NCBI GenBank assembly: GCA_964547465.1
Contig: CAZJNI010000001.1
Coordinates: forward strand, 24,205 to 88,204
Direction of reading: 5' to 3'
DNA from: an uncultured Gammaproteobacteria bacterium
Lineage (GTDB): Bacteria; Patescibacteriota; Microgenomatia; Daviesbacterales; UBA10151
Length of the DNA: 64,000 bases
The first letter of the stretch is position 1. Each line of letters starts with the position of its first letter. The notes below the pieces were generated by a model, which saw nothing but the letters and a program-made list of their open reading frames with translations, was not told the origin of the DNA and did no database searches. Both the position numbers and the translations under genes were made by a program. This document shows, one piece after another, positions 44,885 to 54,324 of this stretch.

Positions 44885-46309
44885 ATGAAAGATTGGGAAC
44901 CTAGGAGAATACCGCTATACGAAGGCCCACCATGGATAAACAGGAGCAGGAGGGAATTTTTAATAGCTGGCGGAGCAACTGCAGGAATTGCAATATTAGC
45001 CTTGTATGGCTTTAGTGGGTTTGGTAAGAATGAGGGAGGTGAACAACCTGTTGATAAACCTATTAATAATGATCCGTCTGTTGATCTTGGAGAGCTTGAT
45101 GTGTTAGCTGAAATTAAAAAATTTGAAACACAGATTGGAGACGACACTCTTTCTACGCATCAAGTTAAAAACTATTATATTCCGCTTGTCGCAGAGTATT
45201 TTAGAAGGCAGATAAATGTACCGGCAATCGGTACGCGAAGAACAATGTCGGAAATTCTCAACAATACCTTCTTAATAAGAAGAGACTTTACTACTCAGGA
45301 AGAATCAGAAGAAGAATTTATGAGAGCATTAGGAGGTAAAGATGAAGATGTGCTTTCGGCGCCACCTGTGAGGATACTTAGACTTGACTATCCCAATCTA
45401 CCTGTGTCGGCAGAAATGGCCAGAGCAATTATAGCTACTATGACTATGGGTGCTTTGGCATGGGTTGATCAGGATAAGGTTTTTCTTGTTCTCAGTAGGG
45501 TTAATAGTAAGGAAACTTCAGTGAGATATAAAGGGTTTGATGATAGCGAGAGAGAATATCCAATTTACCAATTCCAAGGTCTAGATTATCAAGTTCAGTG
45601 TGAGCCTCCGAAGGCTGTTGTTAAACTCCGTTCCGTTTTTCAGCACGAGTTAGTTCATTGGGAGTGCGAGTGCAATTGGCAGAGTTTACCTCAGGATGTT
45701 GTAGAGGCATATCAGAGAGCAAAGAATACCCCGCTTGGCGTAGATGGAAAAACATATGAACTCCCTTCAGAGTATCGTGTTCTGCTCAAATCTGGGAGAA
45801 CTAAAAACTTTATGGCCAGCTTTGATCATGCAGCTAAACAAGGTTCAACAACAGAAAGAGGATTTAATGAATTTGTTACAGACTATTTGGCTGCGAGGAT
45901 GAGTATTATCGATCGATTACCCTACACCCTTGGGTACCATGGAAAACATTCTCCAGGCGATTTCAAAAATTTCGAGGTGGTTTTACAAAACGCACGTATT
46001 TCTAATCCTGATCTCTATAAATTTTATCGATCATCGCAACTGCGGGAATTTCTTATCCAAGTAGCTAAAGGTGCGAAAAACATCACATTTGCAAACGAAG
46101 GAGAAATGTTGGAATTTACAACAAGACTTTTTCTTCAGGATAGTGATTTTAAGACCTACTGGAAGTACTTTCGGCCTTACTTTTATGGAATTAATACCAC
46201 AGATTATCGCTATTATGTTGATCCGGATAAATTTAAACCTGATCCTGGGATTAAGTGGGATGATCCTATGCTAACAGTTCCTCCAACAGAGCTTGGTTGT
46301 ATCCATTAG
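44885..46309 (+). CDS. Hypothetical zincin-like protein with twin-arginine-like N-terminus
   Basis: SRREFL plus hydrophobic helix; HELVH...GFNEFVTDYLA. Confidence 0.65.
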   Translation: MKDWEPRRIPLYEGPPWINRSRREFLIAGGATAGIAILALYGFSGFGKNEGGEQPVDKPINNDPSVDLGELDVLAEIKKFETQIGDDTLSTHQVKNYYIPLVAEYFRRQINVPAIGTRRTMSEILNNTFLIRRDFTTQEESEEEFMRALGGKDEDVLSAPPVRILRLDYPNLPVSAEMARAIIATMTMGALAWVDQDKVFLVLSRVNSKETSVRYKGFDDSEREYPIYQFQGLDYQVQCEPPKAVVKLRSVFQHELVHWECECNWQSLPQDVVEAYQRAKNTPLGVDGKTYELPSEYRVLLKSGRTKNFMASFDHAAKQGSTTERGFNEFVTDYLAARMSIIDRLPYTLGYHGKHSPGDFKNFEVVLQNARISNPDLYKFYRSSQLREFLIQVAKGAKNITFANEGEMLEFTTRLFLQDSDFKTYWKYFRPYFYGINTTDYRYYVDPDKFKPDPGIKWDDPMLTVPPTELGCIH

Positions 46310-46410
46310 TTAAGTCTATATCATTTGGATATTTTAACAGAAATGCCTTTTAGCCCGCTTCGCCCGCCTTTGGCGAAACTTCGCGAGGCGAGCCATTTGG
46401 AATTTGGTTT

Positions 46411-46815
46411 TTAAATATTTTTCTCATAAATTATCTTTCCCTCCTCAATCTTGATTAGTTTATTAATAGTCACCTTAATAAGCGAATCTTTTAGAAGATC
46501 CTTGCTAACTAATTTTAATATTTTTTGACAAACCTTGGTAATATTAGTTGGGGTTGTTGAGCCTACAGAGATAATAATTACGCCTGGAAATCCTTTTAAA
46601 GAAGATTGCTCATATTCATTGAAATCTCTGTCTAATGTAATAAGCACCCGACCTAACTTTCTACTTATGAGAAGGTGAAACCTATCACTTTTTTGAATAA
46701 AGTTTTTATCATAAGCATGGATAATAGAAATTCCTTGTGATTTTAAGTAGGTAACTACAGGAACAGGAAAACATTCATCTGCATATAATTGAATGTGTGA
46801 TTTTTTAGAGGGCAT
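46411..46815 (-). CDS. DUF5615 PIN-like toxin
   Basis: LYADECFP...RVLITLDRDF...GVIII. Confidence 0.85.
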   Translation of the reverse strand: MPSKKSHIQLYADECFPVPVVTYLKSQGISIIHAYDKNFIQKSDRFHLLISRKLGRVLITLDRDFNEYEQSSLKGFPGVIIISVGSTTPTNITKVCQKILKLVSKDLLKDSLIKVTINKLIKIEEGKIIYEKNI

Positions 46816-46999
46816 AACCAGAGGTAAATTCTCTGTTTTTAATTTCTTCCAGGGCTTTTTCTACATTTTTTCTCTTAACCCAAGGATATGATGCAAGAAA
46901 ATCTGAAATAGTTAATCCTTCTTTAATATAATCTAGCAAGTAGGCAATAGGAATTCTGCTTTTAGGAACAAGATTTTTCTTCGAAGTCTTAGTTGGCAT
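46805..46999 (-). CDS. DUF433-family antitoxin
   Basis: SRIPIAYLLDYIKEGLTISDFLASYP. Confidence 0.85.
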   Translation of the reverse strand: MPTKTSKKNLVPKSRIPIAYLLDYIKEGLTISDFLASYPWVKRKNVEKALEEIKNREFTSGYAL

Positions 47000-47079
47000 A
47001 TATTAGCATCATACCACAAATGTACTGACAGAGGCTATTGTATTTGTATTTTAATAAAAATTTATGGTACGCTAAAAAT

Positions 47080-47328
47080 ATGTCCAAAAAAGCGTTTGTG
47101 GTTATTTTAGTATTAAGTGTGATTGTGACATACGGGGCTACAATTATAGCTGTTTTATGGAGTGGAAGTGTAGTAACTGGAAAATCTGGTTTCCCCTTCA
47201 TATTTAATTACTCTTCATTATTTGGGGGATCCAGTATAAATTACCCCATGTTTTTAGCAGATATAGCCTTCTGGTTTTTTGTCCTTTGGGCGACTTGGAA
47301 AGCACTACAAAAAGTTATTGGTAAATAG
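47080..47328 (+). CDS. Small two-TM membrane protein
   Basis: MSKKAFVVILVLSV...GFPF...DIAFWFFVLW. Confidence 0.65.
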   Translation: MSKKAFVVILVLSVIVTYGATIIAVLWSGSVVTGKSGFPFIFNYSSLFGGSSINYPMFLADIAFWFFVLWATWKALQKVIGK

Positions 47329-47330
47329 TA

Positions 47331-49994
47331 TTAACGTAACCCAAAGCTAAATTCTATATTAGTTCCATCATTAAGGCTAATTTTATAAGAATATGTTTCT
47401 CCTGCGGATAAATTTTTAGTACTCATATTAAATATCCACTGCTGGTTAGTTGTATCCCATCTGAAATTTGATTCCGGGGTAGTTGATAAAACTGGTTCAT
47501 TGATAGTACTAACTAAAGTTCCGGAGACAGTTTGTATTAGGGAAAATCCGGTTACTACCCCAGAGTTACTGATTGAGGCTCCATTATTATCACAAACTCT
47601 AAACTTAACAGGAATAGTGCTGCCTTGTTTAAAAACGCTTGTACCATCAGTATTTATGGGTTGTAAAACGCTGTGTCCGTCTTGATTAAGACATAATCCA
47701 CTGCTTAGATATTGGACTTTAAAATTATTTATTAAATCTTTCGAGTTCCCTGCTTTGTCTTCAGTATAAACCCTGAAACTTTTATTCCCAACTGAAGCAG
47801 TATCTAAATTTTCTCCTAAATCAGTAGAACCTATACATTTATCTACTCCGGAGCTTTCATCCAAACACTGGAAATTAGCCGTTGTTTGCTGATTTAATAT
47901 CAAGCTTTGATTATTTGCCGGAGTATTTATATTAATTGCTGGAGGAGTAAGGTCATAATTAGCATCTCCAGCTAGAGTGGCATCAGGAGTAATAGTTTGT
48001 TGATCAATTAAAAGATCCGGAGGTTCTGGAGAGTTAGTATCAAAGACAGTTTGTCCTTCAGACGAAGAGATAATTGGGATATTTTTGTAAAGTATGGTTT
48101 CTGAATTTATATCATTTTCAAATTTCCTGATTTTAAAATCAAAACTGCCGTTATCTGTAGCCTCAAAATTAATATTATAGATTCCATCTTCCGGCAAAAA
48201 GATAAATTTGGCATCATCTAAGCTGTCATATGAACTTCCGGGAATGTTTGCTTCAAACCCTTCAGAGGTTGGGCCGGTATGGTTATGATTTGCATCATAT
48301 ACATGAATATTAACCGGTGAATGAACAGAAAAACTTGTTCCTTTAAAAGAATAAGGCTGGCTGGAAACACCTGTGGGGATAGTAGTATCTTCATTTAAAA
48401 TATTTTTCACCAGATTTAGCGTAGGACCATCGGAAACTAGTTGACCATGTTCTTGGTTAGTATAGTAAACTTTTGCCGAGCCCAGTAACGACCTATTCTT
48501 AGCAGAGTCGTTTAAAGATGCACTAAAAAGAGGAACTGTATTATCTCCATTTATATTTATAATATCTTTGTGAATACCATGTATTCCCAAAAGGCTGGTA
48601 GTTTTTTGCTCAACGATCTGTCCTAAGGTGCTTTTACCAGAGCCAGCTATAACTGTAACATCAACCCCATTCGTGTTGGAGAGAGAATTGTCAATATTAT
48701 GAAAAATTTCGCTTGGGGTGAATAAAGAAGTGTTGTGTGAATTGATAGCTAGGAAATTTTTTATCTGTGAATAATTTAAAGTTCCCGTCTCTGTTTTATA
48801 AGGATATGGATGTTGATTGTCTTCTCCTGTATAGAAATTGAAATAAGACTGACTTGGCGCGAGTTCAAAGCCACTGATCATATTCTGGAATACATCTTTT
48901 ACTTCGGATGGAGATATACCTAAACAGATGAATTGAGCCAGTGAGGTTAAAGTAGTAAGACAGCCACCATGAATGATAGTCTTTAGTGACTCCACAGCGC
49001 CTAAATGTGGTGTCCCTAAAGTAATTAACCTTTTAACATTTTGGGCTCTTTGGGAATCTGAGATATAATTCCTTGCAACTAAGCCTCCCATAGAATGGGC
49101 AACAATATCTACCTTTTGATTAGCTGTTTGTTGGTTTATTGTTTGAATTTTCTGATCAAGTAAAGAAGCTGTGGTCGATATATCTTTTCTCCAGTCATAA
49201 GGAAATACAAAAAGATTCTGATTTAAGATGTAACCATTAGCTGTAAAAAAATTTACAAACTCTTGGTAAGGAGAAATAAAATTATTTGTCAAATTTATGT
49301 TGGCTTCTGAATTTACTCCATCAGTTTGCATCCTTAAAATGTCAAAGTAATCATCTTCTCCAGCTGCTCTAGCCTCTGGTTCATTTAGCCAGATTACTTC
49401 ATCTTGTGTATATGCCCGGCTATATTCTCCCCCATGTCCGTCATCTTTATTCCAGATAGTATTCTCTGCAACCTTTAATTCTGATCCTCCAATTCCCGGG
49501 ATTAAAATTAAAGGAGTTTTAGGCTCCGGAGTTGGTGTAGGAGTAGGGGTTGGATCAGGAGCATTAGTATTAACTAAATAAAGAGATGAGCTACTAATAA
49601 CTGTCCCGCAAATATCATAAAGTCTGACTTGAACTTGATTAATACCTACTTGAAAAAAAGATGTCACATCCCGAGGAGGGAAAGAGGAGATAAAAGTACA
49701 GTTATTATCATATCTGATTGTAGTAGAAGCAGAAGTGCCATCCGGCCGCTCTACTACCCAGATTATCGCTGCATCATCTACACTGGTATTTCCTGTCCCG
49801 TCGGGATTTCCGCTATAAATCATTTGTCCACTTTGGTAGTTAATACTAAAATTAACAGTTAAAAATGTTGCTCCCTTGGTAGTTGATTGTCCGGGAATGC
49901 CGGTGGTAATAGTATAGGGTAGGGTTGCTGCATTGATCGGAGAGGGGAAAAGAAGTGCTACAAAAAGGAAAAAACTTATAAGGATTTTAAGCAT
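47331..49994 (-). CDS. Secreted alpha/beta hydrolase (LCAT/PGAP1-like) with C-terminal PxKF domain
   Basis: Signal peptide, PT linker, LIPGIGGS, FPYDWRK, AHSMGG, LGTPHLGA, GDNTVP, H; C-terminal FKQGSTIPVKF. Confidence 0.85.
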   Translation of the reverse strand: MLKILISFFLFVALLFPSPINAATLPYTITTGIPGQSTTKGATFLTVNFSINYQSGQMIYSGNPDGTGNTSVDDAAIIWVVERPDGTSASTTIRYDNNCTFISSFPPRDVTSFFQVGINQVQVRLYDICGTVISSSSLYLVNTNAPDPTPTPTPTPEPKTPLILIPGIGGSELKVAENTIWNKDDGHGGEYSRAYTQDEVIWLNEPEARAAGEDDYFDILRMQTDGVNSEANINLTNNFISPYQEFVNFFTANGYILNQNLFVFPYDWRKDISTTASLLDQKIQTINQQTANQKVDIVAHSMGGLVARNYISDSQRAQNVKRLITLGTPHLGAVESLKTIIHGGCLTTLTSLAQFICLGISPSEVKDVFQNMISGFELAPSQSYFNFYTGEDNQHPYPYKTETGTLNYSQIKNFLAINSHNTSLFTPSEIFHNIDNSLSNTNGVDVTVIAGSGKSTLGQIVEQKTTSLLGIHGIHKDIININGDNTVPLFSASLNDSAKNRSLLGSAKVYYTNQEHGQLVSDGPTLNLVKNILNEDTTIPTGVSSQPYSFKGTSFSVHSPVNIHVYDANHNHTGPTSEGFEANIPGSSYDSLDDAKFIFLPEDGIYNINFEATDNGSFDFKIRKFENDINSETILYKNIPIISSSEGQTVFDTNSPEPPDLLIDQQTITPDATLAGDANYDLTPPAININTPANNQSLILNQQTTANFQCLDESSGVDKCIGSTDLGENLDTASVGNKSFRVYTEDKAGNSKDLINNFKVQYLSSGLCLNQDGHSVLQPINTDGTSVFKQGSTIPVKFRVCDNNGASISNSGVVTGFSLIQTVSGTLVSTINEPVLSTTPESNFRWDTTNQQWIFNMSTKNLSAGETYSYKISLNDGTNIEFSFGLR

Positions 49995-50035
49995 ACTTTC
50001 ATTATTAGAAAATTTATAGGTATAATGCAACAGTA

Positions 50036-50869
50036 ATGATCCAAGCTGCAACCAAAACTTTTATTAAAAATCCCATTTTTATTTCCTACACTTCTTTAAA
50101 GGATTTTTTAAAATGTCCGCGCAGCTATTATTTAAAAAATATTTACCGTGATCCAAAAACCGGCTTTAGACTGCAGGTGGCCTCACCATATCTATCTTTA
50201 GGTTCAACAGTGCATGATAGCGTTAAGTGGTTTCTGGATTTAGAAGATAAGCCAACCCTAGATGAAACTATAAAAAAATTCCGTAATTTATGGCTAAAGT
50301 TCAGGGGTAAAAAAGGAGGGTTTTCCTCAAGAGAGGAAGAGGGTAATTTTGGCAGCCGAGGCTTAAAAATGCTGGAAAATTTCTACCAAAATTGGCAGGT
50401 TTTAGAAAAAAAAGCTCCGGAGATAACTTTTCCAAAATATAACCTGCTGGATAATATTGTTTTGATCGGAAATTTTGATTATATAGGAGAAAAAGAGGAT
50501 GGCTCGCTTCATGTTGTGGATTTTAAAACCGGGGCAAATGATGAAGATGACCCGACCCAGCTTTATATCTACTCAATTTTGGCTGAGGCAAATTTTGGAA
50601 AATCTGTTTCAGCAGCCGGCTTTTGGTATCTGGATCGGGAAGATACTCCACGCGATATTGTCCTGGATCCGCTGGAGCCTAAGCTGGAGTGGCTAAAAGA
50701 TAAGGCCAAAGAGTTAAAACAGGCAATAGAGTTAGGTGAATGGGTTTGCGTGAAAGGAGATCAGTTTTGCCGGGACTGCAGGGATTACCAGGCCATAATT
50801 GACGGAAAAGGGCAGTTCCAATTTTCAGATTATAGGTATAAAAAGGATGTATATTATTTATCTCATTGA
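50036..50869 (+). CDS. RecB-like PD-(D/E)XK nuclease
   Basis: SYTSLKDFLKCPRSYY, GSTVH, GNFD...VVDFKTG...QLYIY, C..C..C. Confidence 0.88.
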   Translation: MIQAATKTFIKNPIFISYTSLKDFLKCPRSYYLKNIYRDPKTGFRLQVASPYLSLGSTVHDSVKWFLDLEDKPTLDETIKKFRNLWLKFRGKKGGFSSREEEGNFGSRGLKMLENFYQNWQVLEKKAPEITFPKYNLLDNIVLIGNFDYIGEKEDGSLHVVDFKTGANDEDDPTQLYIYSILAEANFGKSVSAAGFWYLDREDTPRDIVLDPLEPKLEWLKDKAKELKQAIELGEWVCVKGDQFCRDCRDYQAIIDGKGQFQFSDYRYKKDVYYLSH

Positions 50870-50904
50870 CATACTATTCATACTATGGTATGATTTATAC
50901 TATT

Positions 50905-51183
50905 ATGGCAAAAAAGATTGTGACTAATTTAAGAATAGATGAAACTGATTGGTTACTTGTTAAATCTATGGCAGGAGAACTTGGCATGAGTGTCAATGAT
51001 TTTTTAAACTTTTTGGCACAAAATGCCATTTCCAAGGCCCGTTTTGGCTACCCCATAAAAATCTCCAGCAGTAAGGGTAAAAGGAAAAGTATTTATGATT
51101 TATTACCCTCTTTGCTTAAGAAAAGAAGCAAAGTAAAGACCTTTGAATTATCAGAGATTGATAAAATTATTTATGGTGTATGA
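50905..51183 (+). CDS. RHH-type antitoxin
   Basis: VTNLRIDETDW...GMSVNDFL...EIDKIIYG; TTGACA 50866 and TATGAT 50889. Confidence 0.8.
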   Translation: MAKKIVTNLRIDETDWLLVKSMAGELGMSVNDFLNFLAQNAISKARFGYPIKISSSKGKRKSIYDLLPSLLKKRSKVKTFELSEIDKIIYGV

Positions 51184-51587
51184 AAAATGCCTTTGTTGAT
51201 ACCAGTTTTTTTAAAGCTTATGTGGATATAAAAGATGATTTTCACCCTCAAGCCTTACAAATTTTTCAAAAGTTAAAGATAGAAAAAATGCAACTTATTA
51301 CCTCCAACTATATTTTGGATGAGAGTTTTACTGTGATCAGAAGTAAGTGCGGACTTGATAAAGCTTTGGATTTTAAATCAATTTTGGAACAATTCGAGAC
51401 AGATCTTAAAATCTTAAGAGTTTTGATAATTGATGAGGCAGATGCCTGGGATTACTTTTTAAATGATTGGTCAAATCTGTCATTTACTGATTGTGTCTCA
51501 TTTGCCATGATGAAACGCTTAGAAATAAATCAGGTTGTGGCTTTTGATGAGCATTTTAAAAGAGCAGGGTATAAACTAATTTCTTAA
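51180..51587 (+). CDS. VapC PIN-domain toxin
   Basis: FVDTSFF..DDFH, TSNYILDE, LSFTDCVSFAMM, FDEHF. Confidence 0.92.
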   Translation: MKNAFVDTSFFKAYVDIKDDFHPQALQIFQKLKIEKMQLITSNYILDESFTVIRSKCGLDKALDFKSILEQFETDLKILRVLIIDEADAWDYFLNDWSNLSFTDCVSFAMMKRLEINQVVAFDEHFKRAGYKLIS

Positions 51588-51677
51588 AAGGTGAATTCCA
51601 ATTTTCAGATTACAGATATAAGCAAAGCTTGCGAGCTAATCGCTCTTAAAAAAGATGTTTATTTTTTGGGTAAATAG
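51587..51677 (+). pseudogene. Diverged duplicate of the 3' end of the 50036 nuclease gene
   Basis: Reads KGEFQFSDYRYK, an insert, then KDVYFLGK*, versus KGQFQFSDYRYKKDVYYLSH*. Confidence 0.8.
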
Positions 51678-51695
51678 AATATACTTTGCTGTATA

Positions 51696-52460
51696 ATGGG
51701 CATAATGAGCTATTCATTTTTATCAACCTTTGGTTTAACAGAAAAAGAAATTGTTTTATATGAGCTGCTTTTAGAAAAGGGTCAAATGCTTGCCGGGGAT
51801 ATTATTAGGGAGTCAAAGTTAAAGCGGGCAACGGTTTATCAATCACTTTATGCGCTAGAGAAAAAAAGTCTAATTTCACAAATAGAAATTGATAAAAAAA
51901 TACACTTTAAACCAGAGCCGCCCACCAATTTATTGCAGCTGGCAAATTCGCAGTTAAAAAATTACGAGGAATCTCATAGACAGCTAACAAGCGTCATCTC
52001 CAGTTTAGATTCAAAATATGTCCTTGCAGTAGAAAAACCGGTTATATCTCTATTTGAGGGAGCTGAAGGACTAAAAGAGATCTATAATGATATGGTTTTA
52101 GTTGGTAAACCTATTTATGCTGCTTTAACAACAGAAGAGATTGACCCCAGTTTTCTTAAGTGGGTAGATAATGTTCATGTAAAACAACGTGCCGTCCGCA
52201 AAATACCTGCCTATGTACTGGTGGCACAGGGAGAACAAACGGAAGAATATATTTCCAAAAATCAGCAGGAATTTAGAATTACCAAATTGGTTGATAAAGA
52301 AAAATATCCATTTAAACATGAAATAGATATTTATGGTGATAAGGTAGCATTTATCAACTCTCGCAAAGATCAACACCTTCTAGGAGTGGTTATACATCAC
52401 CCAATGATAGTTGCTACTATGAAAGCTTTATTTGATCTTGCTTGGGATGGGGTTAAATAA
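51696..52460 (+). CDS. TrmB-family transcriptional regulator
   Basis: GLTEKEIVLYELLL...RATVYQSL..L.KKSL; FEGAEG; IDIYGDKVAFI. Confidence 0.88.
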   Translation: MGIMSYSFLSTFGLTEKEIVLYELLLEKGQMLAGDIIRESKLKRATVYQSLYALEKKSLISQIEIDKKIHFKPEPPTNLLQLANSQLKNYEESHRQLTSVISSLDSKYVLAVEKPVISLFEGAEGLKEIYNDMVLVGKPIYAALTTEEIDPSFLKWVDNVHVKQRAVRKIPAYVLVAQGEQTEEYISKNQQEFRITKLVDKEKYPFKHEIDIYGDKVAFINSRKDQHLLGVVIHHPMIVATMKALFDLAWDGVK

Positions 52461-54134
52461 TCAATAGTTGTCTATTTCCAATCCTCGGTTACCAGAAGGT
52501 ACGAGGTCTTTTAGAGGTTGTAATTCTTCTACCTCGGATTTTAGCGGTTCTTGAGAACGGATTGCCATCTTCCAATATTCATTTTCAGCTTCTTTACCAC
52601 TTGCTCCGGTATAAGGAATCTTTTTCATTATTCTGGCATCAAAACCAGCCAGAAGAGCAACCTCATAAATATGTGGCCACAAAGATCTATCTGTGTAATA
52701 TTTTCCATCTGGGCTGTCATGAACTGCACCTGATTCTTTGTTCCAGATATGCAATTTATCCCATAAATACCTATGACGCTGCTCCAAATATTCCCTCATC
52801 TCCTGGCTGCCTGAATTAGGTAAATCAAGCAAAACTACACCTCCATCCTTTAATACACGGCGGAATTCTCTAAATATAGCGATTGCTTCATTTATAGATG
52901 TAATATCAGCGATGGTACGCCCTAAAATATAGACTGCATCCACAGAAGCATCTTCGTAGGGCAGATTATTCATTGAGCCTAATTTTAGTTTAGCATCAGG
53001 TATCTCTTTTAGAATTTGTCCAAATGTCGTCTCATCAATTTCTATTCCTTCGACACGGTAACCCTCTTTTAAAAGAGGAATCAAATGACGTCCTCCTCTG
53101 AAACCGACATCAATAATTAACCCGTCTCTTGGTAACTCCGAATGTAGAAAATCTAAATCCCGTTGCTGAAGTTGTAAATTGGGAGAATAATCTCCCCAAG
53201 ATGCTTCTTCCTCGATAGTCTGATAAAATTCCTTCAAATCAAAAAATACCTTTTCACCTGAATCAAGCCCAACCTGTTTTGAGAGTTTTTCTAATTTTTC
53301 TCTTGAGCTAGGATGTGTTCTGACGTATTCGTTTATATAGGCTCTCACTGTTTCAAAGCCTAAAGCATTGCCAAGAACTTGCAAAAACCCCGCAGGTATT
53401 TGAGCCTGTTCTTGTAAAAACTGATACATAATTTCCCGGGTGGCAGCTTTACCACAAGCTAAAGTATAAGCAAGAGTTCTTCTTTCGGTGTTATAGGGGT
53501 AGACTGACCGCCCGTTTATGATTACCGGATAGTCTGGCGGGAGTGATCTTAATTCTGTGAGTATCTCACCTGCCACTTCTTCTTTTATGCCTAAACGTTC
53601 ATTTCCCATGTCACTATTTCTCTCATCTAAAACAATCAATTTTGCCACATTACTTTGTTCAATATATTGCATTTCCCAAGCTCCAATATTTTGTAGCGGA
53701 TTCGCAACATATAAATCTTTTATTTTTCTTATTGCTTGAGAAGGAAAGGGAATAGAGGGATTATGGCGGTAATTCGTGAGAAGATTAGCAATAGCACCTT
53801 GGCTGTGACGTATTCTGTCGAACTCCTCGTTAGATAAATGAGGTTTACTGACCTCTTTTTGTACTTGAGTTGCGATATCATCAACTACCGTGACTAACAC
53901 ATCCGTTGGGATTTGATCTACATTTATTTTCTTCATTACTTCGAGTCTTGTTACAAAATCATCGTAAGGAGCATTCATCAGCAGGTTTGTATCAACATCT
54001 CCATTAGGAGAAATAATGTAGTCGACACGGGCATGTTCAAGGTAATAGTGTCTGGGTGGGTCATGAGGTTTTTCTAAAACTTTTAGTATTCTTTTTTGTG
54101 GTGGACTAACTGGTTCACCTAAATCTTGTGCCAT
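52461..54134 (-). CDS. Hypothetical N-domain + class I SAM-dependent methyltransferase
   Basis: IIDVGFRGGRH, GIEID, LPYEDASVDAV, EFRRVLKDGG. Confidence 0.8.
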   Translation of the reverse strand: MAQDLGEPVSPPQKRILKVLEKPHDPPRHYYLEHARVDYIISPNGDVDTNLLMNAPYDDFVTRLEVMKKINVDQIPTDVLVTVVDDIATQVQKEVSKPHLSNEEFDRIRHSQGAIANLLTNYRHNPSIPFPSQAIRKIKDLYVANPLQNIGAWEMQYIEQSNVAKLIVLDERNSDMGNERLGIKEEVAGEILTELRSLPPDYPVIINGRSVYPYNTERRTLAYTLACGKAATREIMYQFLQEQAQIPAGFLQVLGNALGFETVRAYINEYVRTHPSSREKLEKLSKQVGLDSGEKVFFDLKEFYQTIEEEASWGDYSPNLQLQQRDLDFLHSELPRDGLIIDVGFRGGRHLIPLLKEGYRVEGIEIDETTFGQILKEIPDAKLKLGSMNNLPYEDASVDAVYILGRTIADITSINEAIAIFREFRRVLKDGGVVLLDLPNSGSQEMREYLEQRHRYLWDKLHIWNKESGAVHDSPDGKYYTDRSLWPHIYEVALLAGFDARIMKKIPYTGASGKEAENEYWKMAIRSQEPLKSEVEELQPLKDLVPSGNRGLEIDNY

Positions 54135-54324
54135 GTATTTATTATATATCCTTTAATCTTTTAGAGATTTTGCCATATATAAATAACATTATTGCATAAT
54201 AATGAATAGAGATGTATCAGAGATTTTAGCTTCAAATAATAAAAAATTATTGGAATAAATAATTTATTGTCGTAGATACTTGACAATTAAATAAACTTAT
54301 AGTAAACTATTCAGTTATAAACTT

